Positions 20,201 to 28,150 of a DNA stretch of 38,459 nt are shown piece after piece. This DNA is from a virus (taxonomy: Duplodnaviria > Caudoviricetes). The translations under genes were made by a program, and so were the position numbers. Under the pieces are notes generated by a model. That model ran no database searches and was not told where the DNA came from. It saw only the letters and a list, made by a program, of their open reading frames with translations. Location: positions 1-38,459 of IMG/VR virus record IMGVR_UViG_3300044954_000145; one strand, given 5' to 3'. Each line of letters starts with the position of its first letter. The first letter of the stretch is position 1.

Positions 20201-23200
20201 GTTGACGGTGAGTTGCGCGTGTGGGTCAAGGTGGAGATGCCTGTCGTCACGGCAAAGACGCAGCGCGAAAGCGACAATTCTAGGCGCCTGCCAAACGGCA
20301 TGCGTTCCGGCATCACCAATCGCCTGCTGGATCCTGGTGAGTCGTACAACTACAAGACGAACCCGAGCGCGAGCGATGCTGGCGGCGGATGGCCCATCTC
20401 GGGCTCGATGCGCATCGTCCAGGTTCTGAGCGATGCCGAGGTCTCCAAGATCTTGCGTGACGCCGGCAAGGGTGCGTACATCAGCAACTCGATGACTGGC
20501 GTCAACGCTGCGCAGGCGGCGAAGATCAATGCCGACATGCGCGCTGTCGCGAAAGCGGCATCGCCAGCGTCGAAGTTGCCGACCATCCTCGGGGCGCAGA
20601 CTGACCTGACGGACACGCCCGCCTTCAAAAAGGCGTTCGGCGAGAGCAAGATCGTCGATAGGCAGGGCAATCCTCTCGTCATGTACCACGGGACCGCGCG
20701 AGACTTTGACGTGTTCAACATGAAGCGCGGTGGCGATATCTGGGGAACAAGCGATTCGAGAGGGGTAATGTGGTTCAGTTCAAATCCCAATCGAGCGAAT
20801 GAGGCGGCGGAGGACGCGGCAGTTGTCAGGAACGACCGTCCTGACGATTACAGTGGTGCGAATGTCATGCCGGTGTACCTGCGCGTGACCAACCCGTACT
20901 ATGCGGACGAGTCAGAGACTGAAGATCCCGCAGTGTTGGGAAGGGTGATTGCCAGGGCTAAAAGAGCGGGGCACGACGGGGTCGTCATGCCTGGAGAGTT
21001 TGGCGGGAAAGACGTTGCTGTATTCCGGCGGGAACAAATCAAGTCCGCGATCGGCAACTCCGGCGCGTATGACCTCTCCCTGCCAAGCATCTTGGAAGCG
21101 CAGGCGCCTCCGCCTCGGTCGACCCAGATCCAGGCGAATCTGCCGCCGATCGTGCCGCCATCGAACGTCGCCGGCCAGAACTGGAACCCGAACAATCAAC
21201 CCTTCCTGGTGGAGCAACCTGGGAAGTGGGACAACTTCGTTCGCGCCTTCCAGGACAAGCTCGTGGACACGAAGCGGGTGGAGGCAGCGATCACCGAGAT
21301 GATCGGGCGCCCGATCGATGAGGACAAGCGGGTCTACCTGCACGACGAGACGTATTACGGCCGCGTGAGCGACCGCACGAACCGCGCGTGGGACAACATG
21401 TTTCGGCCGCTACTTAAGCACATGGCGGATGAAGGTGTTAGCGTCGCGCAGGCGGACGAGTACCTCTACGCAAGACACGCGAAGGAGAGGAACGCCCAGA
21501 TGCGGCGCGTCAATCCTGGCGTGCCGAACAATGATGCGCTGTCCGGCATGAGTGATGCAGATGCTGACAGCATACTGAACGCGATCAGGTCCGGGCCCAA
21601 GGCGGCAATCTTTGCCGAGATCGGCCGCAGGGTGGACGATATCACCAGGGCAACGCGACGCATCATCGTCTCCGATGGACTAGAAACTCAGGGTACGATA
21701 TCCGCCTGGGAGGGTGCTTACAAGAGTTACGTGCCGCTATTCCGGGACGAGGACTCACCCGGCTTGTCGCAGGGATTCAGCGTCAGGGGCCCGGAGTCGA
21801 GGCGTGCTACCGGGTCGACTCGGGCGGCATCGCACATTCTCGCGAACGTGTTCGCGCAGCATGAGAACGTCATTCACCGTGCCGAGCGCAATCGCGTCGC
21901 GCAGGCTATGTTCAGACTCGCCAGGGAGTACGACAACCCGTCCTTCTGGGAGGTGAACAAGGTCCCGATGAAGAAGCATATCGACCCGAGGACCGGATTC
22001 GCGGTGCTAGGTGTCGATCCCTTCTACAAGAATTCGCCGAACGTCATCGTCGCGAAGTTCCAGGGGGTCGAGCAGACGATCGTCTTCAACGAGCACAACG
22101 ATCGCGCGTTGATGATGGCTCGCAACCTCAAGAACCTGGACGCTGCCCAGTTGAAGTGGGGCATGGACTACGCCGCTCGCGTCACGAGGTTCTTCGCCAA
22201 CATGGCGACTCAGTGGAACCCGGTCTTCTGGGCGACCAACTTCACCCGCGACTACTGGACGGCGATGGGCAACCTGTCCGACACCGAGATCAATAACCAT
22301 CGGTGGCGCGTCACCAAGAACATCGGCCCGGCGATCGCGGGGATGTATCGTTCGTTGCGCGGTTATGGTCCGAGCCCGTGGACGCAATGGGCCGAGGAGT
22401 ATCGGCGTGAAGGTGGCATGACTGGCTACGCCCAGTTGTTCGATGGCATCGTCGATCGCGAGAGGGAGATCGCTCGCGAGGTGAAGGCGCTGTCCCGTAG
22501 CGCGGTCAATCCGATCCGGCTTGCCAGGGCATTCATGGATTGGATATCCGCAGTGAACAGTGCGGTCGAGAATGGCGTGCGTCTTGCCGCCTATGTTGAG
22601 GCGAAACGCTCCGGCTTGACGCCGATGCGCGCCGCGAGTGTGGCGAAGAATTTGACGGTCAACTTCAACCGCAAGGGCAATGCTACCGGCATCATCAACA
22701 CCTTGTGGATGTTCACGAACGCCAACATCCAGGGCAACAGCAGAATGTTCCAAGCCGTGGCGAAGTCGCGAGCGTTGCAGGCGGGCGTGGCGGCAGCGGT
22801 CCTGCTAGGCTTCCTGGCCGACATGCTGGCGCGTGCCGTGGCAGGGGACGACGAGGACGGCAACAATCAGTACGACATCATCTCGGACGGGATCAAAGAG
22901 CGAAACATGATCTTTATGACCGGCGGCCCGGACGGCGGGCACTTCAAGATCCCGCTGCCGTACGGCTACCATATCTTCCCGAACCTCGGGCGCCTGATCT
23001 CGGCATCGATCTGGGACACGCGGCCGAACCGCACCGTGATGGACGCGGCCGGCTCGATGCTGAAGACGATGTTCGAGGCTTTCGTCCCGCTCGGCTCCGG
23101 CTCTCCGGCTCAGGTTGCCTCCTTCACGATCACTGACCCGTTTGTGCAATGGATCGAGAACAAGCAGTGGAACGGTGCGCCTCTCTATCCAGAGCAGGAT

Positions 23201-23794
23201 CGCTTCTCGCCCAAGATCCCGGAGTACCAATTGATCCAGGCGCGAGACAGCGAGTTCGCGAAGCGCGCCGCCAAGTGGGCGAACAGTGTCACTGGCGGAG
23301 ACGATGTTGTGCCGGGTCGCGTGAACGTGCCGCCGGCATTCTTCGATCACGTCATCAAGTCGCTCACGCTAGGGCTTGGCACGACGGTTTCGCAGGCGCT
23401 CGATGTCGGCGCCAAGGCAGCGTTCGGCGAAGAGATGAACGTCAACACGATCCCGTTGCTGAACCGGTTCTATGGCGAAGTGGATGACGTGACCCGGTCT
23501 CGCGAGTTCTGGCGGCGATACAAGGATGTCAAGGACACGCTCGATCAGGTCAAGAGGTATCAGGAAAGCGGGCGGGACGACAAGGCAGAAGCGCTCATCG
23601 AGAAGAAGGGCTCTCTGATAGACTTGGCGCGCAATTACAAGGCGAGCCGAGGCGAATTGTCTGCCCTTCGCAAAGAGCGCAAGGAACTTGAAAATGACGA
23701 AGACATCTCTTATCGCGACAAGCGAGAAGCGTCGCGTGACATTGAAAGACGCAGGACTGAAATCCTGCGCAGGGTAATGAGGGAGTCGCAATGA
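14225..23794 (+). CDS. Giant polyvalent ejection protein (RelA/SpoT-like, ParB-like, HhH-like, zincin, ADP-ribosyltransferase, LPD38-like domains)
   Basis: 3189-aa ORF at the large ejection-protein locus. Motifs KDAVR/GYRD/ELQF, VVDGN, VVDVW/PAQVQAVGW, HELTH, YHGT/WFS/VMPVYL/HDGV, and C-terminal FKIPLPYG...DPFVQWIENKQWNGAPL. Confidence 0.85.
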   Translation: MPLPDIIPIEPEGESPGTRRRATLPDIIPVEGANVSRNVSRETPGASPGILGTAKEFLREKASEVLTSMGSAGPIPAIAGAVARRMFGLPEMKSPSSGFSEIAGAAINPQAERAGQAGPGESVLDTELRAPPAPPSRTSLTPEAKKTLADIKATPYVPRPGATVAGEQVRAPGAEVMATRGPLTTPGVVMNAAQQALKSSPEMRSIVSGIGDIYSQAEGVDRIAADALGWQSASDYFAQSRIERDAAQRNVPMPTGVRGFLNEAIRNVVANAPTYWMGMYGMRGAKTAADIERLSESFAVAQAPTIAMAVGQVGSSYNDPQRAHMSPGDRLVASIVDGYWEWAGEQLGFAPTIRAMKQAGMGGLQLTNGIKAAMADGMGEAMTQLGQIENELRNRLRDTPTATEALKEAAHAAAMGVIVSGAMQGSSRARAALRDRATYGSTPPVNLTEFRMRSAERIARNEEMAAEFERVLNEATPDFTQLSRRPQRASVAPPEAQATVAPTAPDDRGLGALEQRLQGLQGEAEQLTSELRGRSKLPAVMGVFDVDEDLSWGPDATPEFVVERAQIIKPHHDKIVDLIANDIGAGVLRGPIKTAQKIGYKIKTDYGGDASQVKDAVRSTGVIALPEGVQAGLDRAGEVAKLGKKIRNLWVPGAPSLGGYRDGLVNVIIGGAPTELQFNLPEMIKAKEEAHPIKDAIDALEKEFKNRKPTAQEVALLDSYKEAMMQIFMNAEVEVRQRIERGRVWQPGDLTEIGKAYHSEGMALADRTRALVSDESPNRLAKVLSSRRSSPEGGQGILFMRSPESTYRKTQGSETTTGLPSTSQSSPGSRNGSMEQSVRRQGETDKEFAKRVIDTGPVPSSMAEEYGNYFDLRGEYLVVPLDQLVSSKTSEETRDSGVNAARRMLAADRGQLSKREPITVRREGDKFRVVDGNSTVAAARQYGWKALPVRVESGLPAVLGVSDADRAGITGHTTDLTGGVSPIRVPERGKRGSIERLGRKIARQGKTLDAAAPRNERRLITAPDGKRLVVGRRTAADWAQDVDVRATPEDIALWRRWYQEVYPMIGEQFSQEMAPQVTLAWLLSQQAASPTKGMTDVLRVMDRLAGRPTYRDGKILEGGLADHKIEMALRGQSPQRGYDQKLLDFVDSAMGLTTRTVMGRDVRGGSPGVVDVWTSRDVGFVDKKFINRLRAAKVDVTGLENDVKSGSPSETQYEWGSERLQEITDYLNQINWHGGNWTPAQVQAVGWMNLQRALNATGQSVQDVFDTNTRRVSVGLEPGPGSGGRTMTAAEVRTIAHNIMQQLGTGHIRSVIETGGAFERVAEGSVQFDVFASPETIDDFMAMLGYALRQQMVIATRPLESGKQFYSDVTAKSGLETTEQAQRFYEAVLDEAEALVAAARTKPEKRRAARVLGTVAGYQQVVHDNGNRGVRFISIFDPVSPLMQDEVINVIERAGSKIGLSDVSIDNRNAEVRNVENHWDQTSGAEGSGYLGNLRSRGRLQQARWLQSQYGADQGQGRQGDNALRATRDSIAPQVEAKALPVGSVNLTVLGTAEPTDAPAWFNPGDAERLVGARGVYNVGNNPDVRAAIGTSINDMIAAGVPEQLLASVDMWATFDFSLSNAKAAMAPDDGKHVLMLSESLVNQFTFFASARQGGGSKIAGKIAGNSADAHKAVRGKIAGYMIHELTHHIDVINRGQSISGDSPRLEYEFDEINGGFKPTGDLIQEVMDATNEHQGIAVFFHYPFGMIDARDYRLMKSEILAQMGTLYFSDNRMMKKYMPKAYEVMRSVYGSPTVKTAQTPANALIEARIALQAALQQAGASIGSQGNLFRLSEQSEDRVSDRRGTQERDYGPGLGPRVRDSGSDTAGAENDNAAVGRDVVGDEVLSVQDPNKNPLNGKPIGLLYAPLKKGEIPTRTRIVYKLMRLMPTRPGVAFPLYARPMIDGRRVRQGFLANTWSRAENQIPTLGPKDLAERPGLHAIGLPIFDQGKARVDGELRVWVKVEMPVVTAKTQRESDNSRRLPNGMRSGITNRLLDPGESYNYKTNPSASDAGGGWPISGSMRIVQVLSDAEVSKILRDAGKGAYISNSMTGVNAAQAAKINADMRAVAKAASPASKLPTILGAQTDLTDTPAFKKAFGESKIVDRQGNPLVMYHGTARDFDVFNMKRGGDIWGTSDSRGVMWFSSNPNRANEAAEDAAVVRNDRPDDYSGANVMPVYLRVTNPYYADESETEDPAVLGRVIARAKRAGHDGVVMPGEFGGKDVAVFRREQIKSAIGNSGAYDLSLPSILEAQAPPPRSTQIQANLPPIVPPSNVAGQNWNPNNQPFLVEQPGKWDNFVRAFQDKLVDTKRVEAAITEMIGRPIDEDKRVYLHDETYYGRVSDRTNRAWDNMFRPLLKHMADEGVSVAQADEYLYARHAKERNAQMRRVNPGVPNNDALSGMSDADADSILNAIRSGPKAAIFAEIGRRVDDITRATRRIIVSDGLETQGTISAWEGAYKSYVPLFRDEDSPGLSQGFSVRGPESRRATGSTRAASHILANVFAQHENVIHRAERNRVAQAMFRLAREYDNPSFWEVNKVPMKKHIDPRTGFAVLGVDPFYKNSPNVIVAKFQGVEQTIVFNEHNDRALMMARNLKNLDAAQLKWGMDYAARVTRFFANMATQWNPVFWATNFTRDYWTAMGNLSDTEINNHRWRVTKNIGPAIAGMYRSLRGYGPSPWTQWAEEYRREGGMTGYAQLFDGIVDREREIAREVKALSRSAVNPIRLARAFMDWISAVNSAVENGVRLAAYVEAKRSGLTPMRAASVAKNLTVNFNRKGNATGIINTLWMFTNANIQGNSRMFQAVAKSRALQAGVAAAVLLGFLADMLARAVAGDDEDGNNQYDIISDGIKERNMIFMTGGPDGGHFKIPLPYGYHIFPNLGRLISASIWDTRPNRTVMDAAGSMLKTMFEAFVPLGSGSPAQVASFTITDPFVQWIENKQWNGAPLYPEQDRFSPKIPEYQLIQARDSEFAKRAAKWANSVTGGDDVVPGRVNVPPAFFDHVIKSLTLGLGTTVSQALDVGAKAAFGEEMNVNTIPLLNRFYGEVDDVTRSREFWRRYKDVKDTLDQVKRYQESGRDDKAEALIEKKGSLIDLARNYKASRGELSALRKERKELENDEDISYRDKREASRDIERRRTEILRRVMRESQ
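14338..14353. promoter_or_regulatory. parS: parS-like palindrome (ParB-binding centromere site)
   Basis: TGTTTCACGTGAAACC matches 15/16 of the consensus TGTTTCACGTGAAACA; extra half-site TGTTTCACG at 14326-14334. Confidence 0.75.
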
Positions 23795-25350
23795 GCCTAA
23801 CGCCTTACAACCCGACGGTAAATTTCGCCCAGGAAGAGACGAACAACGTCTCCGGCCGCAACACGGTGCGGACCAATGCGCTCGACACCGAGTTTGCGAA
23901 CATCAACACCGCGATGGACTCGGTGCATGCCGATCTGACGTTGATACAACGCAGTGACGGCAAGCTCCGCGATCAAGTCGTCGAGCAGCATTCGCTACAC
24001 CCGGATGTCGTGGCATTGTTGGGCACGACCTTGGTGCCGCGCGGCAACTGGCTAACGACAACTGCGTATGCCGTCTACGACTTGGTGTCTCAAAGCGGGA
24101 ACACGTATGTCTGCGTGACCGCGCACACGTCCGGTACGTTTGCTACCGACCTCGCCGCCAACAAGTGGATGGTGTTCTCGTACAACAACGCCTCCGATGC
24201 GGAGTTGCTGGCGATCGCCGGATTGTCTTCTGCCGCAGACACGGTCCCGTATTTCACTGGTAGCGGCACCGCTGCTCTAGCGACGCTCACCTCTGCCGGC
24301 CGTAACTTGATTGACGACGCGAATGCGTCCACGCAGCGCATCACGCTAGGCCTGCAAGAGATGGGCGTGCCTAGCATCGTGATGAACGGCGCGTTTCAAA
24401 TACTCCGCGACCCGACCGTAACCTCGAACACGCCTGCGGCGAACACGGTAACGCATTTGCTTCAGCGTTGGTACACCTACATGGTTGGCGGCAGTACCGG
24501 CAACGTCACGCAATCTCAGCAGGCGAGCGGCCTTACTGCATACCCGAGTTGTGCGAGGATCTTGCGCGGCGCCGGCACGGTGACTGACACAAGGTTCACC
24601 CAGGTGCTCACGTCTGAGTTGTCGCGACTTGCTGCAAGCAAGGCACTGACGATCAAGTTCTGGGCCCGCAAGGGTAGCTCGTATAGCGCCACTAGCTCGA
24701 ACCTCTACTGCCGAGTGATATCCGGAACCGGGACAGATCAGTCCTCGACGAGCATGGAAGGCGGCACCTGGACCGGGCAAACGACAGTCCTGAATTCTCC
24801 GTCGGTGTTGACGACTTCGTGGCAAGAGTTCTCCCTGATCACGTCTGCGATGGGCAGCACCGTCAATCAGATTGCATTTGGATTCCAAATGCCGTGGACA
24901 GGCACTGGCGGAGCCAACGACTACGTCGAGATTACCGGTGTGCGCATCGGCATAAGCGGTGTGATCGAGATCCCGGTCATCGACGTGCCCGTGGACATCG
25001 ATCGCATTCGATGCCTGGAGTTTTACGAGGTAATTGGTGATGGCGCACAGCTTTTTTCGATGTTCGCTCCCGGTCAATGCACGTCAACCACGCAAGGCAA
25101 TTTTGTTCTGAAATGGCAGAGAAAAAGAATCCCTCCGGCGATTACTGTGAGCGCTGGCTCGCATTTTTTTATCAACTGTGGAACCGGATCCGCAGCGTGT
25201 ACGAGCGTCGCGCCTTCCGCCTCAAGTCTTTTGAGGGATCGTACATGGCTAACCGGTACGACTGCTGGGTCTTTAACGAGTGGTAATGGCGCACTGCTGC
25301 ACGCAAACAATACCACGGCCGCCAGAATCTACATTGATGCGGAGATCTAA
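23791..25350 (+). CDS. Tail fibre / receptor-binding protein
   Basis: N-terminal LDTEFANI anchor, WxxxTAY carbohydrate-binding-like module, LTSAGRNLIDDA...QRITLGL fibre repeat, beta-sandwich C-terminus ending DAEI. Confidence 0.8.
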   Translation: MSLTPYNPTVNFAQEETNNVSGRNTVRTNALDTEFANINTAMDSVHADLTLIQRSDGKLRDQVVEQHSLHPDVVALLGTTLVPRGNWLTTTAYAVYDLVSQSGNTYVCVTAHTSGTFATDLAANKWMVFSYNNASDAELLAIAGLSSAADTVPYFTGSGTAALATLTSAGRNLIDDANASTQRITLGLQEMGVPSIVMNGAFQILRDPTVTSNTPAANTVTHLLQRWYTYMVGGSTGNVTQSQQASGLTAYPSCARILRGAGTVTDTRFTQVLTSELSRLAASKALTIKFWARKGSSYSATSSNLYCRVISGTGTDQSSTSMEGGTWTGQTTVLNSPSVLTTSWQEFSLITSAMGSTVNQIAFGFQMPWTGTGGANDYVEITGVRIGISGVIEIPVIDVPVDIDRIRCLEFYEVIGDGAQLFSMFAPGQCTSTTQGNFVLKWQRKRIPPAITVSAGSHFFINCGTGSAACTSVAPSASSLLRDRTWLTGTTAGSLTSGNGALLHANNTTAARIYIDAEI

Positions 25351-25604
25351 TGGACACGTACAAGCGAGACGGTGCCGGCGGGCTTTTCGTCATTAAGGGT
25401 GGCGAGGTGTGCGGCTTCATTCCGGCCGGGCACCCGAGGATTCCCGTCATCGAGAAGCGCGCGCAAGACGGGATCGACACCATCCTGTCGGCGGATCCGC
25501 CTTCTCCGCCTCCGCCAGAGAAGCGGCCGAGGATCAATGCCCTCATTCGGGCCCTCGTCAAGAAGGGCGTGATCACGGTTCAAGACGTAGACGACGAGGA
25601 GTAG
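25350..25604 (+). CDS. Small protein, possible tail-fibre chaperone
   Basis: TAATG overlap with the fibre gene. Confidence 0.55.
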   Translation: MDTYKRDGAGGLFVIKGGEVCGFIPAGHPRIPVIEKRAQDGIDTILSADPPSPPPPEKRPRINALIRALVKKGVITVQDVDDEE

Positions 25605-25607
25605 AAA

Positions 25608-25904
25608 GTGATCGAGCAGAATTGGGACGGCATAGAACGTCGTCATACCGACCCGTGGCGCACCTCCGTCGAGGAACGGATCGAGCGTATCGAGACTACC
25701 GTCAACTGCATCAAGAAGGCGCGGGACGAGTTCAACGAGACGTATGGCGACCTGCTGAAGGAAACGGTTGAGGCTCGCGCCAGGAAGGCGAAGTTATGGG
25801 CGGCCGCCGCCGAGGAGTTGGTGAAGAAAGGCGTGTGGGCCGCGTTCGCGTTTGTCGTCGTCGCGGTTGCCGTTGCCGCGAAGGGTTGGGTAAAGGGGCT
25901 ATGA
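25608..25904 (+). CDS. Membrane protein (holin/antiholin-like)
   Basis: GAGGAG SD; WDGIERR N-terminus, coiled coil and one C-terminal TM segment. Confidence 0.6.
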   Translation: MIEQNWDGIERRHTDPWRTSVEERIERIETTVNCIKKARDEFNETYGDLLKETVEARARKAKLWAAAAEELVKKGVWAAFAFVVVAVAVAAKGWVKGL

Positions 25905-25905
25905 C

Positions 25906-26376
25906 ATGGTGATATCCGCATTGCTGTCTTTCCTCGGTGGCTCCGCGTTCCGCATGATCTGGGGCGAGATATCGGCCTGGGCGACGCGCAAGCAGGAGCA
26001 CGACCAAGAGATCGCGCGCCTGACGATTCAGTCCACGATCGAAGCCGAGCGGCACGCTCGCGACCTTGAGCGCATCCGGTTGCAGAAGGAACTGGAGGTG
26101 CAGCAGGTCCAGGTCGTCGGTGATGTCGAGGTCTCCAAGCTAGAGGCGGCCGCCTTCGTTGAAGCGATGAAGGCAGCGAACAAGCCGACCGGTGTGAAGT
26201 GGATCGATGGGTGGATTGGCGCTGTCCGCCCGGCGGCGGCAACGCTCGCGCTCATGCTCTGGATGCTCAAACTCTGGCAAGCCGGGTTCGTGATGGGCGA
26301 GTGGGATCAAGAGTTGGTCGGCGCAATCCTGGGATTCTTCTTCGCCGATCGGTCGCTCTCGAAGCGGGGGAAATGA
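25906..26376 (+). CDS. Putative holin (3-TM, gene-transfer-agent-type holin-like)
   Basis: Hydrophobic N-terminus, WID..GAVRP motif, GFFFADRSL C-terminus; adjacent to lysozyme. Confidence 0.65.
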   Translation: MVISALLSFLGGSAFRMIWGEISAWATRKQEHDQEIARLTIQSTIEAERHARDLERIRLQKELEVQQVQVVGDVEVSKLEAAAFVEAMKAANKPTGVKWIDGWIGAVRPAAATLALMLWMLKLWQAGFVMGEWDQELVGAILGFFFADRSLSKRGK

Positions 26377-26537
26377 GCCGGTGGGACTTCTGGATCGGCT
26401 TCGCGGTTGGTTTCGTGACCTGTCTCGTGGCCCAGATTCTCTGGGCGATAGTGGACATGGTGCGGAGCCTAGCGAAGATGTTCGGGGGGTATCGCCGGGT
26501 CTGGGACCTTATTCGCTCGTGGCCTTTTATCGGTTGA
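26373..26537 (+). CDS. Possible 54-aa membrane peptide overlapping the endolysin 5' end
   Basis: ATGA coupling to the holin stop; hydrophobic segment FWIGFAVGFVTCLVAQILWAIV followed by an amphipathic basic tail. Confidence 0.4.
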   Translation: MSRWDFWIGFAVGFVTCLVAQILWAIVDMVRSLAKMFGGYRRVWDLIRSWPFIG

Positions 26538-26935
26538 TCCGGGAGTTCGAGGGTTGCCGGTTGATGCCGTACATCTGCCCTGCCGGCGTGTGGACTTGCG
26601 GATGGGGGAGCACCGGCCCTGACGTGTTCCCTGGCCGGCCCTGGACGCAGGAGTATGCGGACAGGCGGATGGAGATGGACGCGCTCAAGTTCGCGCGTGG
26701 CGCGATGGCGCTATGCCCGCCCCTGGATACTGACGAGCGGGTGTCGGCGATCGCGGACTTCTCGTACAACTGCGGGCTCGGCGCCCTGGAGGCGTCAACC
26801 CTGCGAAGAAGGATTCTGGCGCACGACTGGGATCAGGTCCCTGTCGAGCTTAGGAAGTGGGTTCACGGTGGCGGCCGGGTTCTGCCCGGCCTTGTTCGCC
26901 GCCGCGAGGCGGAGATTGCGTTGCTTGATAGCTAG
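26381..26935 (+). CDS. Endolysin, GH24 (T4/P21-type) lysozyme; start uncertain
   Basis: FEGCRLMPYICPAGVWTCGWGST catalytic motif, FSYNCG, LPGLVRRREAE. Confidence 0.9.
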   Translation: MGLLDRLRGWFRDLSRGPDSLGDSGHGAEPSEDVRGVSPGLGPYSLVAFYRLIREFEGCRLMPYICPAGVWTCGWGSTGPDVFPGRPWTQEYADRRMEMDALKFARGAMALCPPLDTDERVSAIADFSYNCGLGALEASTLRRRILAHDWDQVPVELRKWVHGGGRVLPGLVRRREAEIALLDS

Positions 26936-27031
26936 GTAAGCGCAGACCTCCGCCTGCTTGCGGGTCAGGCCGCCATCGAACTGCATGATAGCGGCCCTCT
27001 CCTCGAACCATTCACGATCGGCAGGCGTCAC
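26795..27031 (-). CDS. Small hypothetical protein with FEERAAIMxFDGGL motif
   Basis: Coupled to the recT stop; motif is familiar from phage proteins; 3' end overlaps the endolysin antisense. Confidence 0.55.
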   Translation of the reverse strand: MTPADREWFEERAAIMQFDGGLTRKQAEVCAYLAIKQRNLRLAAANKAGQNPAATVNPLPKLDRDLIPVVRQNPSSQG

Positions 27032-28134
27032 ACCGGCTTGTCCGCCTTCTGCCTGACCGCTGCCTGGACCTGGGCCAGCGCTTCCGGCCCAATACCCCTG
27101 GCAAGATCAAGGGCATCTGCGAATGCGCCCCTGTCGACCATAGCCAGCGCATCGACGACCGTCATAAGGCCCGGTCCGGCTTTGCCTGACGGCTCGGGAT
27201 CGCGTTCCACTGGGGGCTTGGCTACCTTACCCCTGGCAGGCGGCGGCGACGCAACCTGGGCCGCCTCCGTCGGCCTGACGGGGGTCTGCTCGTAGACGAC
27301 TTCCTCCGGGGCCCGCTCCGGGATAGTAACCCCTGGTGCGTCGAGGGTATCGTCTGGCGCCGGGATTTGCTGCTGGCCAAAATCCAACATGTCCGGTCCG
27401 GTAAGGTCCGCGATAGCGGCGTGAACGTCGCGCTCGATGACGGCATCAACCTCTGGCACCGACGGCAACTGTTTGTAAACCCTATGGATGACCGATTTGA
27501 TTGCCATCTGATCGTACCACTCGACCCAGGGGCCGCGATCGGCAGTCTTGCTCGACGCACGGGCGCGCTCGATGTCGCGCCTGAACATCACCTCGCGTTT
27601 GACTTCGCCCGACTTCATCTTGCCGACGAAGTAGGCCGCGACGATCTCGCCTGGGTCCTCGGTGCCGGCGTACGGGAGGTGCTCGATGCGGGGGTCCTCG
27701 CCTCGCCTGAACTCGAAGAAGTCGCGGGCGTAGACTGCGGCCGCGTCCACCATCGTGAACTGCTCGGTCTCCCAGATCAGTTTGATCAGGCCGCGCACCA
27801 TGGGCAGGTACTGGACCTTGCGGATCCAACGCTCGTGCCCGGACTCCTTGTCCTTGACCTTGGTGTTGTAGACGTTGAAGACCGCTTCCTTGCCGTCAGG
27901 GTACAGTCCGTCCTGCGCCGCTTGCCGGCACGCGATGAACAGGGACTGCCGGTCGGCATCGAGTAGCTCGGGCCGGTGCGCGATCGCGTTCAGCGTGATC
28001 TGGATGAAGCGATCGGTCTTTGGGCCGAGGAGTTGTTGCAGATCGTTCTTGCGCTGCGCGATCTGGATTCGCAGTTTGTCGAAGGGGTTCTCGACCTTGC
28101 CGGTGATTGCTGCCTTCAGTGATGCGGTGCTCAT
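27028..28134 (-). CDS. recT: RecT-family single-strand annealing protein
   Basis: SLFIACRQAAQDGLYPD, QYLPMVRGLIKL, PWVEWYDQMAIKSVIHR motifs; near the YqaJ gene. Confidence 0.9.
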   Translation of the reverse strand: MSTASLKAAITGKVENPFDKLRIQIAQRKNDLQQLLGPKTDRFIQITLNAIAHRPELLDADRQSLFIACRQAAQDGLYPDGKEAVFNVYNTKVKDKESGHERWIRKVQYLPMVRGLIKLIWETEQFTMVDAAAVYARDFFEFRRGEDPRIEHLPYAGTEDPGEIVAAYFVGKMKSGEVKREVMFRRDIERARASSKTADRGPWVEWYDQMAIKSVIHRVYKQLPSVPEVDAVIERDVHAAIADLTGPDMLDFGQQQIPAPDDTLDAPGVTIPERAPEEVVYEQTPVRPTEAAQVASPPPARGKVAKPPVERDPEPSGKAGPGLMTVVDALAMVDRGAFADALDLARGIGPEALAQVQAAVRQKADKPV

Positions 28135-28150
28135 GCCTGTCTCCAGTTGG

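Noticed and set aside
23791-25604. Diversity-generating retroelement acting on the tail fibre
   Set aside because: No reverse transcriptase and no template/variable repeat pair seen
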